Part shown: one piece after another, positions 50,418 through 59,999 of the stretch
Layout of the letters: each line of letters starts with the position of its first letter
Position numbering within the stretch: the stretch's first letter is position 1
Origin: Halorarum halobium
Lineage (GTDB): Archaea > Halobacteriota > Halobacteria > Halobacteriales > Haloferacaceae
NCBI RefSeq assembly: GCF_032116555.1
Contig: NZ_CP134949.1
Coordinates: 1,612,001 to 1,676,000 of the forward strand
Length of the DNA stretch: 64,000 nt
Direction of reading: 5' to 3'
The notes under the pieces: model-generated
Told to the model about the DNA's origin: nothing
The model's input: only the letters and a program-made list of their open reading frames with translations
Databases searched by the model: none
Position numbers and translations under genes: made by a program

Positions 50418-51269
50418 ATGCACACGGTAGTTCTGACGAAAGGTGTTCCCGACTTCCGCGAGGGGGTGGTGTCGTTCGACGAGGACGGCCACCTCGAGCG
50501 CGGGAACACCCCCACGACGATGAATCCGAACGACGAACACGCCCTGCGCGCGGCGTTACAGACCCGCGTCCGCCACGGCGGGCAGGTGGACGTGATGAGC
50601 ATGGGCCCGCCCGGCTACAAGGACGTCCTGCGCGAGGCGATGGAGTCGGTGTACGCCGACGACCTGTATCTCGTCTCCGACAAACAGTTCGCCGCCGCCG
50701 ACACCTGGGCGACGGCGATCACCCTGGCGACCGCCATCCAGCACCGGGGCGAACCGGACCTGGTGTTCGCGGGGTTCAAGACCGCAGACGGGGAGACGGG
50801 CCACACCGGCCCCCAGACCTGCTGGTGTCTGGACGTGCCGATCATCACCCACGTCGTCGCGCTCGACGTGGATCAGGAGGAGGAGCGAGTGCGGGCAAAG
50901 CGGCTCGTCGAGGGCGACGTCTCCGAGATTGAGACGGTCGAGGCGCCGATGCCGGCCTTCATCGTCGCGGACCCGGAGTTCGAGCCGTCCTACCGCACCG
51001 CGCGGGACCGACTGGAGCGCAAGCGACTCCGCGCCGACGCCCGCGACCGGGCCGAGACCGCCGAGGAGCACGTGACGATGTGGGACCACTCGGAACTGAA
51101 CCTCGACCCGGACTACGTCGGACTGGACGGCTCGCCGACCATCGTGAGTTCCGTCGACCCCATCCCGAAGGCACCCTCCGAGCGGGAGGCGACCGTCGTC
51201 GACCCCGACGACGCCGATGGGATGTCCGCGGTCGTGGACGAACTCGCGCCGTTCGCGGGGGGTGACTGA
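50418..51269 (+). CDS. fixA: electron transfer flavoprotein beta subunit (FixA family)
   Basis: KGVPD, MNPND, SMGP, AADTWAT, GLDGSPT. Confidence 0.9.
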   Translation: MHTVVLTKGVPDFREGVVSFDEDGHLERGNTPTTMNPNDEHALRAALQTRVRHGGQVDVMSMGPPGYKDVLREAMESVYADDLYLVSDKQFAAADTWATAITLATAIQHRGEPDLVFAGFKTADGETGHTGPQTCWCLDVPIITHVVALDVDQEEERVRAKRLVEGDVSEIETVEAPMPAFIVADPEFEPSYRTARDRLERKRLRADARDRAETAEEHVTMWDHSELNLDPDYVGLDGSPTIVSSVDPIPKAPSEREATVVDPDDADGMSAVVDELAPFAGGD

Positions 51270-51271
51270 CC

Positions 51272-53011
51272 GTGCCGTCGTTCGACCCGTCGGAGTTCGA
51301 CGTCTCCGAACTCGGACCGAAGGTCCAGGGCATCGAGGACGTCGAGGAACTGGAGGAGCTGCTCGCGGCCGAGGAGGATGGCGAGAACCGAGCGGCCGTC
51401 CTGACGGTCATCGAGAGCCGAATCGAGTCGCTCTCGGCGGACGACGAGGAGGGGGACGCGGACCTCGACCTCGCGGAGATGAGCGCCGCCGACGTCGGCA
51501 ACGCGCTGCAGGGCATCGACGACGTCGAGCGACTCCGGGACATGCTCGACCGCGAGGAGTCCGGCGAGGATCGCGACGCCGTGACGCGGCTGATCCGGCG
51601 ACGCATCGACTCGCTGGAGGGCGGGGACGGGGAGGATGAGGAGGCCGGCGACGAGGAACCCGAGAGCCCCGAGGAGCGCCATCCCGATCTCGACCACCCG
51701 ACCGCCGACAAGCGGTACGTCAAGGCCCTCGAGAGTGGCTCCTTCGGCGACATGTGGGTGTACTGTGAGACGCAGGCGGGCGAACTGCTCGACGTGACGC
51801 GCGAGATGCTCGGGCACGCTCGCACGATGATGGACGACTACAACGAGACGTACGTCGACGACGACGCCGAGGACGAGCGCGTCGTCGCGGTGCTCATCGG
51901 CGACGACCCGGCCCGACACGCCGACGACTGCATCGCGCTCGGCGCGGACGTCGTCGTCTACCACGAGGACGAGCGCCTCGACCGGTTCCGACACAAGCCC
52001 TACACCGAGATCTTCGCGGACATGGCCCGCTGGGGTGCCGACCCGCCGAACCGGGCGGGCTCGGAGGGCCACGGCGGCGAGACGGCCGACTGGCGCGACT
52101 ACGACGAGCCGCGGTACACGCTCTACCCCGCCACGAACAACGGCCGTGACCTCTCCGCGCTCGCGCAGGCCGAACTCGACTCGGGGCTCGCCTCGGACTG
52201 TTCGGGGCTCTACATCGAGGAGACGGTCATCTCGAACCCGGTGAAGACCGGCAGCGCCGGCACGAACCGGACGTTCGAGCGCGTGCTCCACATGAAGCGC
52301 CCGGACTTCTCGGGCTTCGAGTACTCGACCATCCTCTGTCTCGACAACCCGAACCGCGAGTTCCACCCGCAGGGCGCCTCGGTCATCCCGGGGAGCTTCG
52401 ACCTCCCGGACCCCGACGATGACCGCGAGGGGCTGGTGGTCGAACACGACGCGGACCTCGATGACGACTGGTTCCGCGTCGACGTGACTGAGTTCGACCG
52501 GCTGGAGGGTGGCGTCGACCTCACGGGCCACGACGTGGTCGTCGCCGTCGGCCGCGGCATCGGCGACGACCCGACGCGTGGCATCGAACTCGCGGTCGAC
52601 CTGGCGGAGGCGTTCGAGGACGCCGACGTCGGCGTCTCGCGGGGCATCGTCACCGGGTCGTACAACTTCGACGGCCACGTCGAACGGTACACCGAGGAGG
52701 AGCGACAGATCGGCGAGACGGGGCAGGTGATCGAACCGGAGATCTACATCGCGGCGGGCATCTCCGGCGCCGTCCAGCACAAGGTCGGCTGTGACGAGTC
52801 GGACACCATCGTCGCGGTGAACACCGACCCGGACGCCCGCATCTTCGACTGGTCCGACTACTTCATCGAGGGCGACCTGTTCGAGGTGCTGCCGGAACTC
52901 ACGGAGGCGGTGAAGGCCGGGGAACTGAGCGTGGCCGCCGACGGCGGAATCGTGCGGGGCGGAACCGACGACGATGCTGCCGAGGGGCGACGGGGTGATT
53001 CCGATGAGTGA
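51272..53011 (+). CDS. fixB: electron transfer flavoprotein alpha subunit (FixB family) with N-terminal extension
   Basis: GLASDC, VAVGRG, RQIGETG, GISGAVQH, AVNTD. Confidence 0.9.
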   Translation: MPSFDPSEFDVSELGPKVQGIEDVEELEELLAAEEDGENRAAVLTVIESRIESLSADDEEGDADLDLAEMSAADVGNALQGIDDVERLRDMLDREESGEDRDAVTRLIRRRIDSLEGGDGEDEEAGDEEPESPEERHPDLDHPTADKRYVKALESGSFGDMWVYCETQAGELLDVTREMLGHARTMMDDYNETYVDDDAEDERVVAVLIGDDPARHADDCIALGADVVVYHEDERLDRFRHKPYTEIFADMARWGADPPNRAGSEGHGGETADWRDYDEPRYTLYPATNNGRDLSALAQAELDSGLASDCSGLYIEETVISNPVKTGSAGTNRTFERVLHMKRPDFSGFEYSTILCLDNPNREFHPQGASVIPGSFDLPDPDDDREGLVVEHDADLDDDWFRVDVTEFDRLEGGVDLTGHDVVVAVGRGIGDDPTRGIELAVDLAEAFEDADVGVSRGIVTGSYNFDGHVERYTEEERQIGETGQVIEPEIYIAAGISGAVQHKVGCDESDTIVAVNTDPDARIFDWSDYFIEGDLFEVLPELTEAVKAGELSVAADGGIVRGGTDDDAAEGRRGDSDE

Positions 53012-54770
53012 CACACGAGACGCCACGACGGACCGGGGAACCGACACCGTGACCGACGGGGGGACGGCGACTGCGGCCGGCTCCGCGGGGGCCGACGCGG
53101 CCGACGTGACCGACGCCGAGCAGTTCGAGGCGGTCGTCGTCGGGGCCGGGCCGGGCGGCGCGGCCGCCGCAGCGGTGCTGGCGAACAACGGCATCGAGAC
53201 GCTGGTGCTGGAGCGGGGCGTCGAGGCCGGCTCGAAGAACGTCTCGGGCGGGCTCATCTACGCCGAACAGTCGGCCGCCTACACCGTCGACGACCTGTTC
53301 CCCGAGTTCCGCGAGGGCGCCAGCGAGCGCCCGGTCACGCGGAACCACATGGACAACATCGCGGGCGAGACGGTCCACACGGTGGACCTGAAGGGCGTCC
53401 ACGAGCACGACACCGAGTGGTGTGACTCCGTGCTGCGCCGACCGATGGACGCCTGGCTCGCGGAGCGGGTTCACGAGATGACCGCGGAGACGGGCGGCGG
53501 GCTGCTCACGGACGTCCGGGTGAACGGCCTGCTGTGGGACGACGGCGAGATCGTCGGCGTCACCTGCGACGAACTCGACCCGATCCGCGCGGATCTGGTC
53601 GTCGCGGCCGACGGCGTCAACAGCGAACTGGCCCGCGCCGCGGGCCTCATGGACTGGGACGAACCCGACGAGTGGTTCCAGGGCGTGAAGGCCGTCGTGG
53701 ACGTCGAGCCGGACGTCATCGACGAGCGGTTCGGCATCGACGAGGACGAGGGCGTCGCCCGGCTGTTCGGCGGCGACCTGTTCGACGGCGTGCGCGGGGG
53801 CGGCTTCCTCTACACGAACCGCGACTCGCTCTCGATCGGGACCGTCTTCCACCTCGACAGCCTCGCGGACGAGCGCGCGGAACCACACGAACTGCTCGAC
53901 AACCTGCTCACTCACCCGCACCTCGGCCAGTGGCTCCCGGACGAGTACGAGGAGCGCGAGTACTCCGCGAAGCTCGTGCCGGACTCGAAGAAGGTCGCCC
54001 ACGGCTCGCCCCACCGCGACAGGCTGCTGCTGGTCGGCGACGCCGCCGGCCAGATGCAGGCTCAGGGGCCGATCATCAAGGGGATGAACCACGCGGTCAA
54101 CGCGGGCGGGCTGGCGGCCGAGGCGTACGTCGAGGCCAAGTCGCGCAACGCGCCCCACCGCGCGGGCGAGCGGTACGAGACCAAGCTCCGCGAGGAGGGC
54201 GTGATGGACAAGCTTCGCCCGACCAGGTACGAACTCTCCCGGCCGCTCAGCGAGTCCGGCGTCGTGACCGGCGCGCTCGACGGCCTCGCTCGCTCGGCCG
54301 TCGGTCGGTTCGGCGTCAGGGCCGTCGGGGGGCTCACGGAGCGGGTGTTCAACTCGCCGTTCGCGCTCGGGATGCTCCCCGATACGCACACGTCCTACGT
54401 CACCGTGCCGACCATCCTCGCCGAGGAACTCGGCGAGCCCGTCACCTCGGAGAACGACGCCGACCCTCCGACCCTGGAGGAGCGAATCGGGGAGCTCACC
54501 TACGACACCGACGTCGGGAACCCCCACATCGAACTGCGCGACAACTCCTACGAGGCCAGCGGCGTCGCCGTCACGGCCTGCCCGGTCAGCGCAGACGGGT
54601 TCGGCGGGGGCTGCTACCGCGAGGAGACCGTCAAGTCGAACGGGAGCGAGGAGCGCGTCGTCAGCCTCGACACCCAGCCCTGCGTCGAGTGCGGGACCTG
54701 CGCGGTCGTCGCCGACACGACCTGGACGCACCCGCGCGGCGGCAAGGGCGTCGAGTACGATCAAGGATGA
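53004..54770 (+). CDS. fixC: FixC flavoprotein fused to FixX-like ferredoxin
   Basis: GAGPGG, GSKNVSGG, GFLYTN, VGDAAG; C-terminal CVECGTC...PRGGKGVEY. Confidence 0.9.
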   Translation: MSDTRDATTDRGTDTVTDGGTATAAGSAGADAADVTDAEQFEAVVVGAGPGGAAAAAVLANNGIETLVLERGVEAGSKNVSGGLIYAEQSAAYTVDDLFPEFREGASERPVTRNHMDNIAGETVHTVDLKGVHEHDTEWCDSVLRRPMDAWLAERVHEMTAETGGGLLTDVRVNGLLWDDGEIVGVTCDELDPIRADLVVAADGVNSELARAAGLMDWDEPDEWFQGVKAVVDVEPDVIDERFGIDEDEGVARLFGGDLFDGVRGGGFLYTNRDSLSIGTVFHLDSLADERAEPHELLDNLLTHPHLGQWLPDEYEEREYSAKLVPDSKKVAHGSPHRDRLLLVGDAAGQMQAQGPIIKGMNHAVNAGGLAAEAYVEAKSRNAPHRAGERYETKLREEGVMDKLRPTRYELSRPLSESGVVTGALDGLARSAVGRFGVRAVGGLTERVFNSPFALGMLPDTHTSYVTVPTILAEELGEPVTSENDADPPTLEERIGELTYDTDVGNPHIELRDNSYEASGVAVTACPVSADGFGGGCYREETVKSNGSEERVVSLDTQPCVECGTCAVVADTTWTHPRGGKGVEYDQG

Positions 54771-55186
54771 CGGGAACCGGGACGGGGTCGGACGCCGCCG
54801 GCGACGGGGACGGCGCCGACGGCCGTCGCTCGGACGCGCTCCCGTCCATCGAACGGCTCGCCGCCGACGCGCGCGAAGCGCGCGAGGCGGCGGACGCACC
54901 AACGGACCCGCCCGACTCCGAGGCGGCCCTCGTCGCGGCCCGGGACGGGCTCGGACCGGTCGTCGCCCGGTACATCGCGGCGCGGACGGGGGAGACGGAG
55001 CGACTCTCGGCGCGACAGCTCGACGGGCTCGATCGTGCGACGAACGACTGGCTCGCGGCGTACGCGCGCCACCACGGCGTCGAAACCGACCCGGACGTCA
55101 CCGTTCGGACGGCCGCGGAACTCGTCATCGAGACGCATGACGTCGTGGCGACGGCACGGCTGCTGACCGACGTTCCCGACCGCTGA
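54767..55186 (+). CDS. hypothetical protein coupled to the fix operon
   Basis: ATGA overlap; NDWLAAYAR, AAELVIETHD, LLTDVP. Confidence 0.75.
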   Translation: MTGTGTGSDAAGDGDGADGRRSDALPSIERLAADAREAREAADAPTDPPDSEAALVAARDGLGPVVARYIAARTGETERLSARQLDGLDRATNDWLAAYARHHGVETDPDVTVRTAAELVIETHDVVATARLLTDVPDR

Positions 55187-55246
55187 GCCGCCTCGCACCG
55201 GGTTCGGGCACGTACAGTTAAGTGATGTTAATTGTTATCATCGTTC

Positions 55247-55981
55247 ATGGAGTTGACCGAGCGGCTGTCGTTCACCGACGACGACCGAAAGGACCTGTAC
55301 CAGTACGTCGAGCAGCACGGGACGGTGCGCGAGGACGCGGCCCGGCGCGCGCTCAACATGGACCAGACGGCGTTCGGCCACCACGTCACGGTGCTCCAGC
55401 GGGACGGCTACGTCAGGCGCGTCGACGGCAAACTCACCGTGGCGTACGGCGAGGAGGAGTCCCGCGAGCATAGCGCGGGCGGCGTGGACTACGTCATCCG
55501 CCAGGCCGGGCAGGCCGACCTCTCCGGCCTCGTGGACGTCATCCGCCGGGTCGCGGGCGACGGCAGCTACATCGAGGCCGAAACGGTCGCCGACGTGGTC
55601 GAGTCCGAGGAGGTCGTCCTCCGGCACAACCAGCTCGGCTCCCGGCTGTTCTTCGTCGCCGTCGTCGACGACGCGGTCGTCGGCTGGGTCCACCTCGACC
55701 TGCCCGAGGCCAGGAAGCTCGCTCACACGGCCGTGTTGACGGTCGGCCTGCTCGCGGAGTATCGGGACAAGGGAATCGGGGAGCAACTCCTCGCCCGGGG
55801 CGAGGAGTGGGCCACGGAACAGGGGTTCGAGAAGCTGTACAACAGCGTCCCCTCCACGAACGAGAACGCCATCGCGTTCCTGGAAGCACACGGCTGGGAG
55901 ACCGAGGCGGTCCGGGACGACCACTACCGGATCGACGACGAGTACGTCGACGAGGTGATGATGGCCAAACGGCTCGACTAG
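55247..55981 (+). CDS. GNAT acetyltransferase with N-terminal wHTH-like domain
   Basis: YRDKGIG, NENAIAFL, VDEVMM. Confidence 0.88.
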   Translation: MELTERLSFTDDDRKDLYQYVEQHGTVREDAARRALNMDQTAFGHHVTVLQRDGYVRRVDGKLTVAYGEEESREHSAGGVDYVIRQAGQADLSGLVDVIRRVAGDGSYIEAETVADVVESEEVVLRHNQLGSRLFFVAVVDDAVVGWVHLDLPEARKLAHTAVLTVGLLAEYRDKGIGEQLLARGEEWATEQGFEKLYNSVPSTNENAIAFLEAHGWETEAVRDDHYRIDDEYVDEVMMAKRLD

Positions 55982-56142
55982 GGCCACTCCGAGTCGGTCC
56001 CCTCCAGCGGCTCCGCGACGACGCCGTCCTGCTGGACGAGCGCCCTGGCGTGGGCCGCACAGACGCTCCGGTCGGCGTCCCAGGGGACGTGGAGGCGGAC
56101 GCTCGCGGCCGCCTCACAGTCGTCCTCGGTACACTCCGCCAT
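55978..56142 (-). CDS. small 54-aa Cys/His protein
   Basis: MAECTEDDCEAAASVRLHVPWDADRSVCAAHARALVQQDGVVAEPLEGTDSEWP; not in the ORF track. Confidence 0.75.
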   Translation of the reverse strand: MAECTEDDCEAAASVRLHVPWDADRSVCAAHARALVQQDGVVAEPLEGTDSEWP

Positions 56143-56248
56143 CGCTCGGTCATTCTCCGCCGCCCGTTATCGGTCTGTCGCCCGTGGGAGCGGTGACTCC
56201 GACTGGACTCCGTGGTGTTTTGTGGGCTCGGCGTCTCCCGCTCGACGA

Positions 56249-56926
56249 ATGGCGCTCCACGACCTCACGCGGCCCATCGAGGACGGCATGGCCACGTATC
56301 CGGACGACCCGTCCGTCGCCGTGTCGCCCCACGCGAGGATGGACGCTGACGGCTACCGGGTCAGTGAACTTCGGCTCGGAACCCACGCCGGGACGCACGT
56401 CGACGCGCCGAGCCACGTGCTCGCGGGCGGCGCGAGCCTGGGGGAGTTCGACCCCGAGGCGTTCCGGTTCGACGCGCACGTCGTCGACGTGAGCGACCTG
56501 GGCGCGCGGGCGGAGATTCCGGCCGAGGCGGTTCCCGCGACCACCGCCGACCTCGTCCTGTTCTACACCGGCTGGGCGGCGCACTGGGGAACCGACCGCT
56601 ACCGGGCACACCCGTACCTCTCGCGGCGGGCCGCCGAGCGCTGTGCGGGGCGGGGACTCGCCGTCGGGCTGGACTGCTTCGGGCCGGACCCGACGCCGCT
56701 CGCTCCCGGATTCGTCGTCGAGACGGACCGCGACGACGACGCCGAACCGGACCTCGACGGGTACGGGACGCCCGCTCATCGAGCGCTCCTGGAGAAAGGC
56801 TGCCTGATCCTCGAGAACCTCGTCGAGCTCGACGGGCTCCCCGAGCGGTGCTCCGTCACCGCACACCCGCTCAGCGTCGACGCGGACGGGGCGCCCGCGC
56901 GGGTCGTCGCGGAGACCGGCGAATAG
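56249..56926 (+). CDS. cyclase / kynurenine formamidase family protein
   Basis: [24 protein letters not shown]. Confidence 0.9.
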   Translation: MALHDLTRPIEDGMATYPDDPSVAVSPHARMDADGYRVSELRLGTHAGTHVDAPSHVLAGGASLGEFDPEAFRFDAHVVDVSDLGARAEIPAEAVPATTADLVLFYTGWAAHWGTDRYRAHPYLSRRAAERCAGRGLAVGLDCFGPDPTPLAPGFVVETDRDDDAEPDLDGYGTPAHRALLEKGCLILENLVELDGLPERCSVTAHPLSVDADGAPARVVAETGE

Positions 56927-57059
56927 GGTCGGGAGCCGGCCCCCGGCGGCGATCTCGGGACCCCGGTGTGAGCCCGCCACGCCACCGTGTATCGACGTCA
57001 CATGGACGGGATACTTTGAAAGCGTTTATACGGCAACCCGGCCTACCGATGGAGTACAA

Positions 57060-57133
57060 CCTTCCCGGGGTCGTGACCCTCCCCGTCGTCAGGGATTTAC
57101 AGCGGCGGGGAAGTCGAGCCGCCGGGAGGGAGG
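57060..57133 (+). promoter_or_regulatory. structured 5' leader of rpl7ae with putative k-turn
   Basis: TTTATA at 57025; stems CCTTCCCGG/CCGGGAGGG and CCCCGTCG/CGGCGGGG; GGT-CGT-GA opposite GA-GCC. Confidence 0.65.
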
Positions 57134-57143
57134 AGATCCACAA

Positions 57144-57506
57144 ATGTCAGTCTACGTCGACTACGATGTACCCGCGGACCTCGCGGAGCGAAGCCTCGAC
57201 GCGCTCGAGGTCGCCCGCGACACAGGCACCGTCAAGAAAGGAACCAACGAAACGACCAAAGCCGTCGAGCGCGGCAACGCCGACCTCGTCTACGTCGCCG
57301 AGGACGTCGAACCCGAGGAGATCGTGATGCACCTCCCCGAACTGTGCGAGGAGAAAGGCATCGCCTACGTCTTCATCGAGACCCAGGACGACGTCGGCCA
57401 CGCCGCCGGCCTCGAAGTCGGCTCGGCCGCCGCCGCCGTTACGGACGCCGGCGACGCCGACGAGGACGTCGAGGACATCGCGGACAAGGTCGAGGAACTC
57501 CGGTAA
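57144..57506 (+). CDS. rpl7ae: 50S ribosomal protein L7Ae
   Basis: [26 protein letters not shown]. Confidence 0.97.
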   Translation: MSVYVDYDVPADLAERSLDALEVARDTGTVKKGTNETTKAVERGNADLVYVAEDVEPEEIVMHLPELCEEKGIAYVFIETQDDVGHAAGLEVGSAAAAVTDAGDADEDVEDIADKVEELR

Positions 57507-57512
57507 CCGACC

Positions 57513-57737
57513 ATGTCGGCTGAAGAACAAGAGAGCGGCTCCACGCCCGCCGAGGTCATCGAGATCGTCGGCAAGACCGGGATGCACGGCGAGGCCATGC
57601 AGGTCAAGTGCCGGATCCGGGAGGGCGACAACCAGGGCCGCATCATCACGCGAAACGTCCTCGGTCCCGTGCGGGAGGGCGACGTCCTCCAGCTGCGCGA
57701 GACCCAGCGGGACGCGGACGCGATCGGAGGTCAGTAA
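57513..57737 (+). CDS. rps28e: 30S ribosomal protein S28e
   Basis: [20 protein letters not shown]. Confidence 0.96.
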   Translation: MSAEEQESGSTPAEVIEIVGKTGMHGEAMQVKCRIREGDNQGRIITRNVLGPVREGDVLQLRETQRDADAIGGQ

Positions 57738-57740
57738 CCA

Positions 57741-57917
57741 ATGCCACAGCATCGAAACTGCGACTACTGCGGCGCGGACATCGAACCCGGTACGGGCACG
57801 ATGTTCGTCGGGACGGACGGGAGCATCACGCACTTCTGCTCCGCGAAGTGTGAGAAGAACGCTGATCTCGGGCGCGAGGCCCGGGATCTGGAGTGGACCG
57901 AGGCGGGGAGCGAATGA
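57741..57917 (+). CDS. rpl24e: 50S ribosomal protein L24e
   Basis: [23 protein letters not shown]...FCSAKCEKN; not in the ORF track (58 aa). Confidence 0.96.
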   Translation: MPQHRNCDYCGADIEPGTGTMFVGTDGSITHFCSAKCEKNADLGREARDLEWTEAGSE

Positions 57918-58396
57918 GCGACGCCGCGGAACGCACCTTCGTGATGGTGAAACCCGACGGCGTCCAGCGGGGGCTCATCGGGGAGATAGTCTCCCGATTC
58001 GAGCAGCGCGGCCTGAAGCTCGTCGGCGGGAAGTTCATGCAAATCGACGAGGAGCTAGCCCACGAACACTACGGCGAGCACGAGGGCAAGCCGTTCTTCG
58101 AGGGGCTCGTCGAGTTCATCACCTCCGGGCCCGTCTTCGCGATGGTCTGGGAGGGCGCGGACGCGACGCGGCAGGTCCGCAGCATGATGGGCGAGACGGA
58201 CCCGGCCGAGTCTGCCCCGGGGACGATCCGTGGCGACCTCGGGCTCGACCTGGGTCACAACGTGATTCACGGTTCCGACCACGAGGACGAGGGCGCGAAC
58301 GAGCGCGAGATCGCGCTGTTCTTCGACGACGAGGAGCTGGTCGACTGGGACCTCGACGCCGCGGAGTGGGTGTACGAGGACGCCGGCGGTCACTGA
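57914..58396 (+). CDS. ndk: nucleoside diphosphate kinase
   Basis: [29 protein letters not shown]. Confidence 0.97.
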   Translation: MSDAAERTFVMVKPDGVQRGLIGEIVSRFEQRGLKLVGGKFMQIDEELAHEHYGEHEGKPFFEGLVEFITSGPVFAMVWEGADATRQVRSMMGETDPAESAPGTIRGDLGLDLGHNVIHGSDHEDEGANEREIALFFDDEELVDWDLDAAEWVYEDAGGH

Positions 58397-58477
58397 GTAG
58401 CTGCACTGACTTCTGCGGCACGTCACTCTCGAGCTCCGTGCGATACCGTCAACAGCATCGGTGCGACCGTTGTGACG

Positions 58478-58601
58478 ACCGCGGAAGCCCCCGCGACTCT
58501 CGGCTCCCGCGACCACGCTGCGCTCCTCGCTCCCTCCGGTCGCTGTGGTGCTTGCGGGGTCGGGGTTCCCCGAGAGCCGCGGCCCCTTCCAAGTCCCACC
58601 C
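58478..58601 (+). repeat. structured intergenic repeat, copy 1
   Basis: GAAGCCCC-stem-CTGCGCTCCTCGCTCCCTCCGGTCGCTGTGGTGCTTGCG-stem-GCCCCTTCCAAGTCCC. Confidence 0.8.
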
Positions 58602-58787
58602 TGCCGGCTTTCCGGCCGAGCGTCGGTCCTCTGACCACCGGCTGCGCACGCCGGGGGTAGTCCAGCGTAACGCTGGCCGGCCGACGGTCGGTGGGATGCG
58701 GCCGGCGCACACGCGAGCGACCCGTGGGAGCGAGCCTGCGCCCGCGGGAGGCGTGGGGAGCATACGCGATGTAGCCCGACCTTCCAC

Positions 58788-58908
58788 GGGACGGGACCGA
58801 AAGGGGCCGAGCGCTCGAACCGTCCCGGACGACGCAAGCACCGCAGCGACCGAGGGAGTGAGGAGCGCAGTGAGGCCCGGAGGGTCGAGCGCCCGGGGCT
58901 TTCGAGGT
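58788..58908 (-). repeat. structured intergenic repeat, copy 2 (inverted)
   Basis: Reverse complement: GAAAGCCCC-stem-CTGCGCTCCTCACTCCCTCGGTCGCTGCGGTGCTTGCG-stem-GCCCCTTTCGGTCCC. Confidence 0.8.
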
Positions 58909-59009
58909 CACGGTATTGGTCCCCACGGTCTGCTCACCAACCTCCCAGCCACACGCACATGGCTCCGGTATCGCAAGGGTCCAAGTCCCCCCGGACCCAC
59001 CGAACACCC

Positions 59010-59999
59010 ATGGTCACGTTCCTCGCCGGCGGCACCGGCACGCCGAAGTTGCTGGAGGGTGCCGCCCCCGTCTTCGCCCCCGCGGACACGACGGTCGTCG
59101 GCAACACCGGCGACGACGTCGAACTCGGGGGGAACCTCGTCTGCCCCGACGTCGACACGGTGCTGTTCGCCGGCGGCGGCGTCCTCGACCGCGAGCGCTG
59201 GTGGGGAATCGCCGACGACACGACGGCGACCCACGACGAACTCGCGCGACTCGCGGAACGGGCCGACCTCGAACCGGGGCCACGATACCTGCCCGACGAG
59301 GCACAGACCGCCGGCCGCGACATCGCGCGCTGGCGCCGGTTCTCGGGCGTCGCGGAGTTCATGGAGATCGGCGACCGGGACCGCGCCGTCCACGTCACTC
59401 GCACCTCGCTGCTCGACGAGGGCCGCTCGCTCACGGAGGTCACCCGGACCCTTGCGGCCGCGTTCGAACTCGACGTCGACCTCGTGCCGATGAGCGACGA
59501 CCCCGTGGCGAGCATCGTCCACACCCCCGAGGGGGAGATGCACTTTCAGGAGTTCTGGGTCGCGAGACGCGCCGAACCGACCGTCGAGAACGTGGAGTTC
59601 CGCGGGGCCGACGCGGCCGAACCCGCGGCCGCGGCCCTCGACGCGCTCGCCGACGACGTGGTCGTCGGCCCCTCGAACCCCGTGACGAGCATCGGGCCGA
59701 TGCTCGCGGTTCCGGGCATCGAGGAGGCCCTGCGGGAAACCCGCGTCGTCGCCGTCTCCCCGTTCGTCGAGGACGAGGCGTTCTCGGGACCCGCCGCCGA
59801 CCTCATGGAGGGGGTCGGGTACGAGTCGAGCACCGCCGGCGTCGCCGACGCCTACCCGTTCGTCGACGCGTTCGTGCTCGACGACTCGGACGGGACCGAC
59901 CTCGACCGGCCGGTCGTCCGGACCGACACGCGGATGGACGAGGAGGCTGACGCGGAGCGGGTCGCCGGCGCCTGTGACACGGCGCTGGAGGCGGTCTGA
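59010..59999 (+). CDS. cofD: 2-phospho-L-lactate transferase (F420 biosynthesis)
   Basis: [44 protein letters not shown]. Confidence 0.95.
   Translation: MVTFLAGGTGTPKLLEGAAPVFAPADTTVVGNTGDDVELGGNLVCPDVDTVLFAGGGVLDRERWWGIADDTTATHDELARLAERADLEPGPRYLPDEAQTAGRDIARWRRFSGVAEFMEIGDRDRAVHVTRTSLLDEGRSLTEVTRTLAAAFELDVDLVPMSDDPVASIVHTPEGEMHFQEFWVARRAEPTVENVEFRGADAAEPAAAALDALADDVVVGPSNPVTSIGPMLAVPGIEEALRETRVVAVSPFVEDEAFSGPAADLMEGVGYESSTAGVADAYPFVDAFVLDDSDGTDLDRPVVRTDTRMDEEADAERVAGACDTALEAV

Noticed and set aside
58423..59007. ORFs across the ndk-cofD gap, and a CRISPR or tRNA interpretation of it
   Set aside because: The ORFs have non-halophilic composition; the repeats are inverted, not regularly spaced direct repeats; no cloverleaf or T-arm motif.
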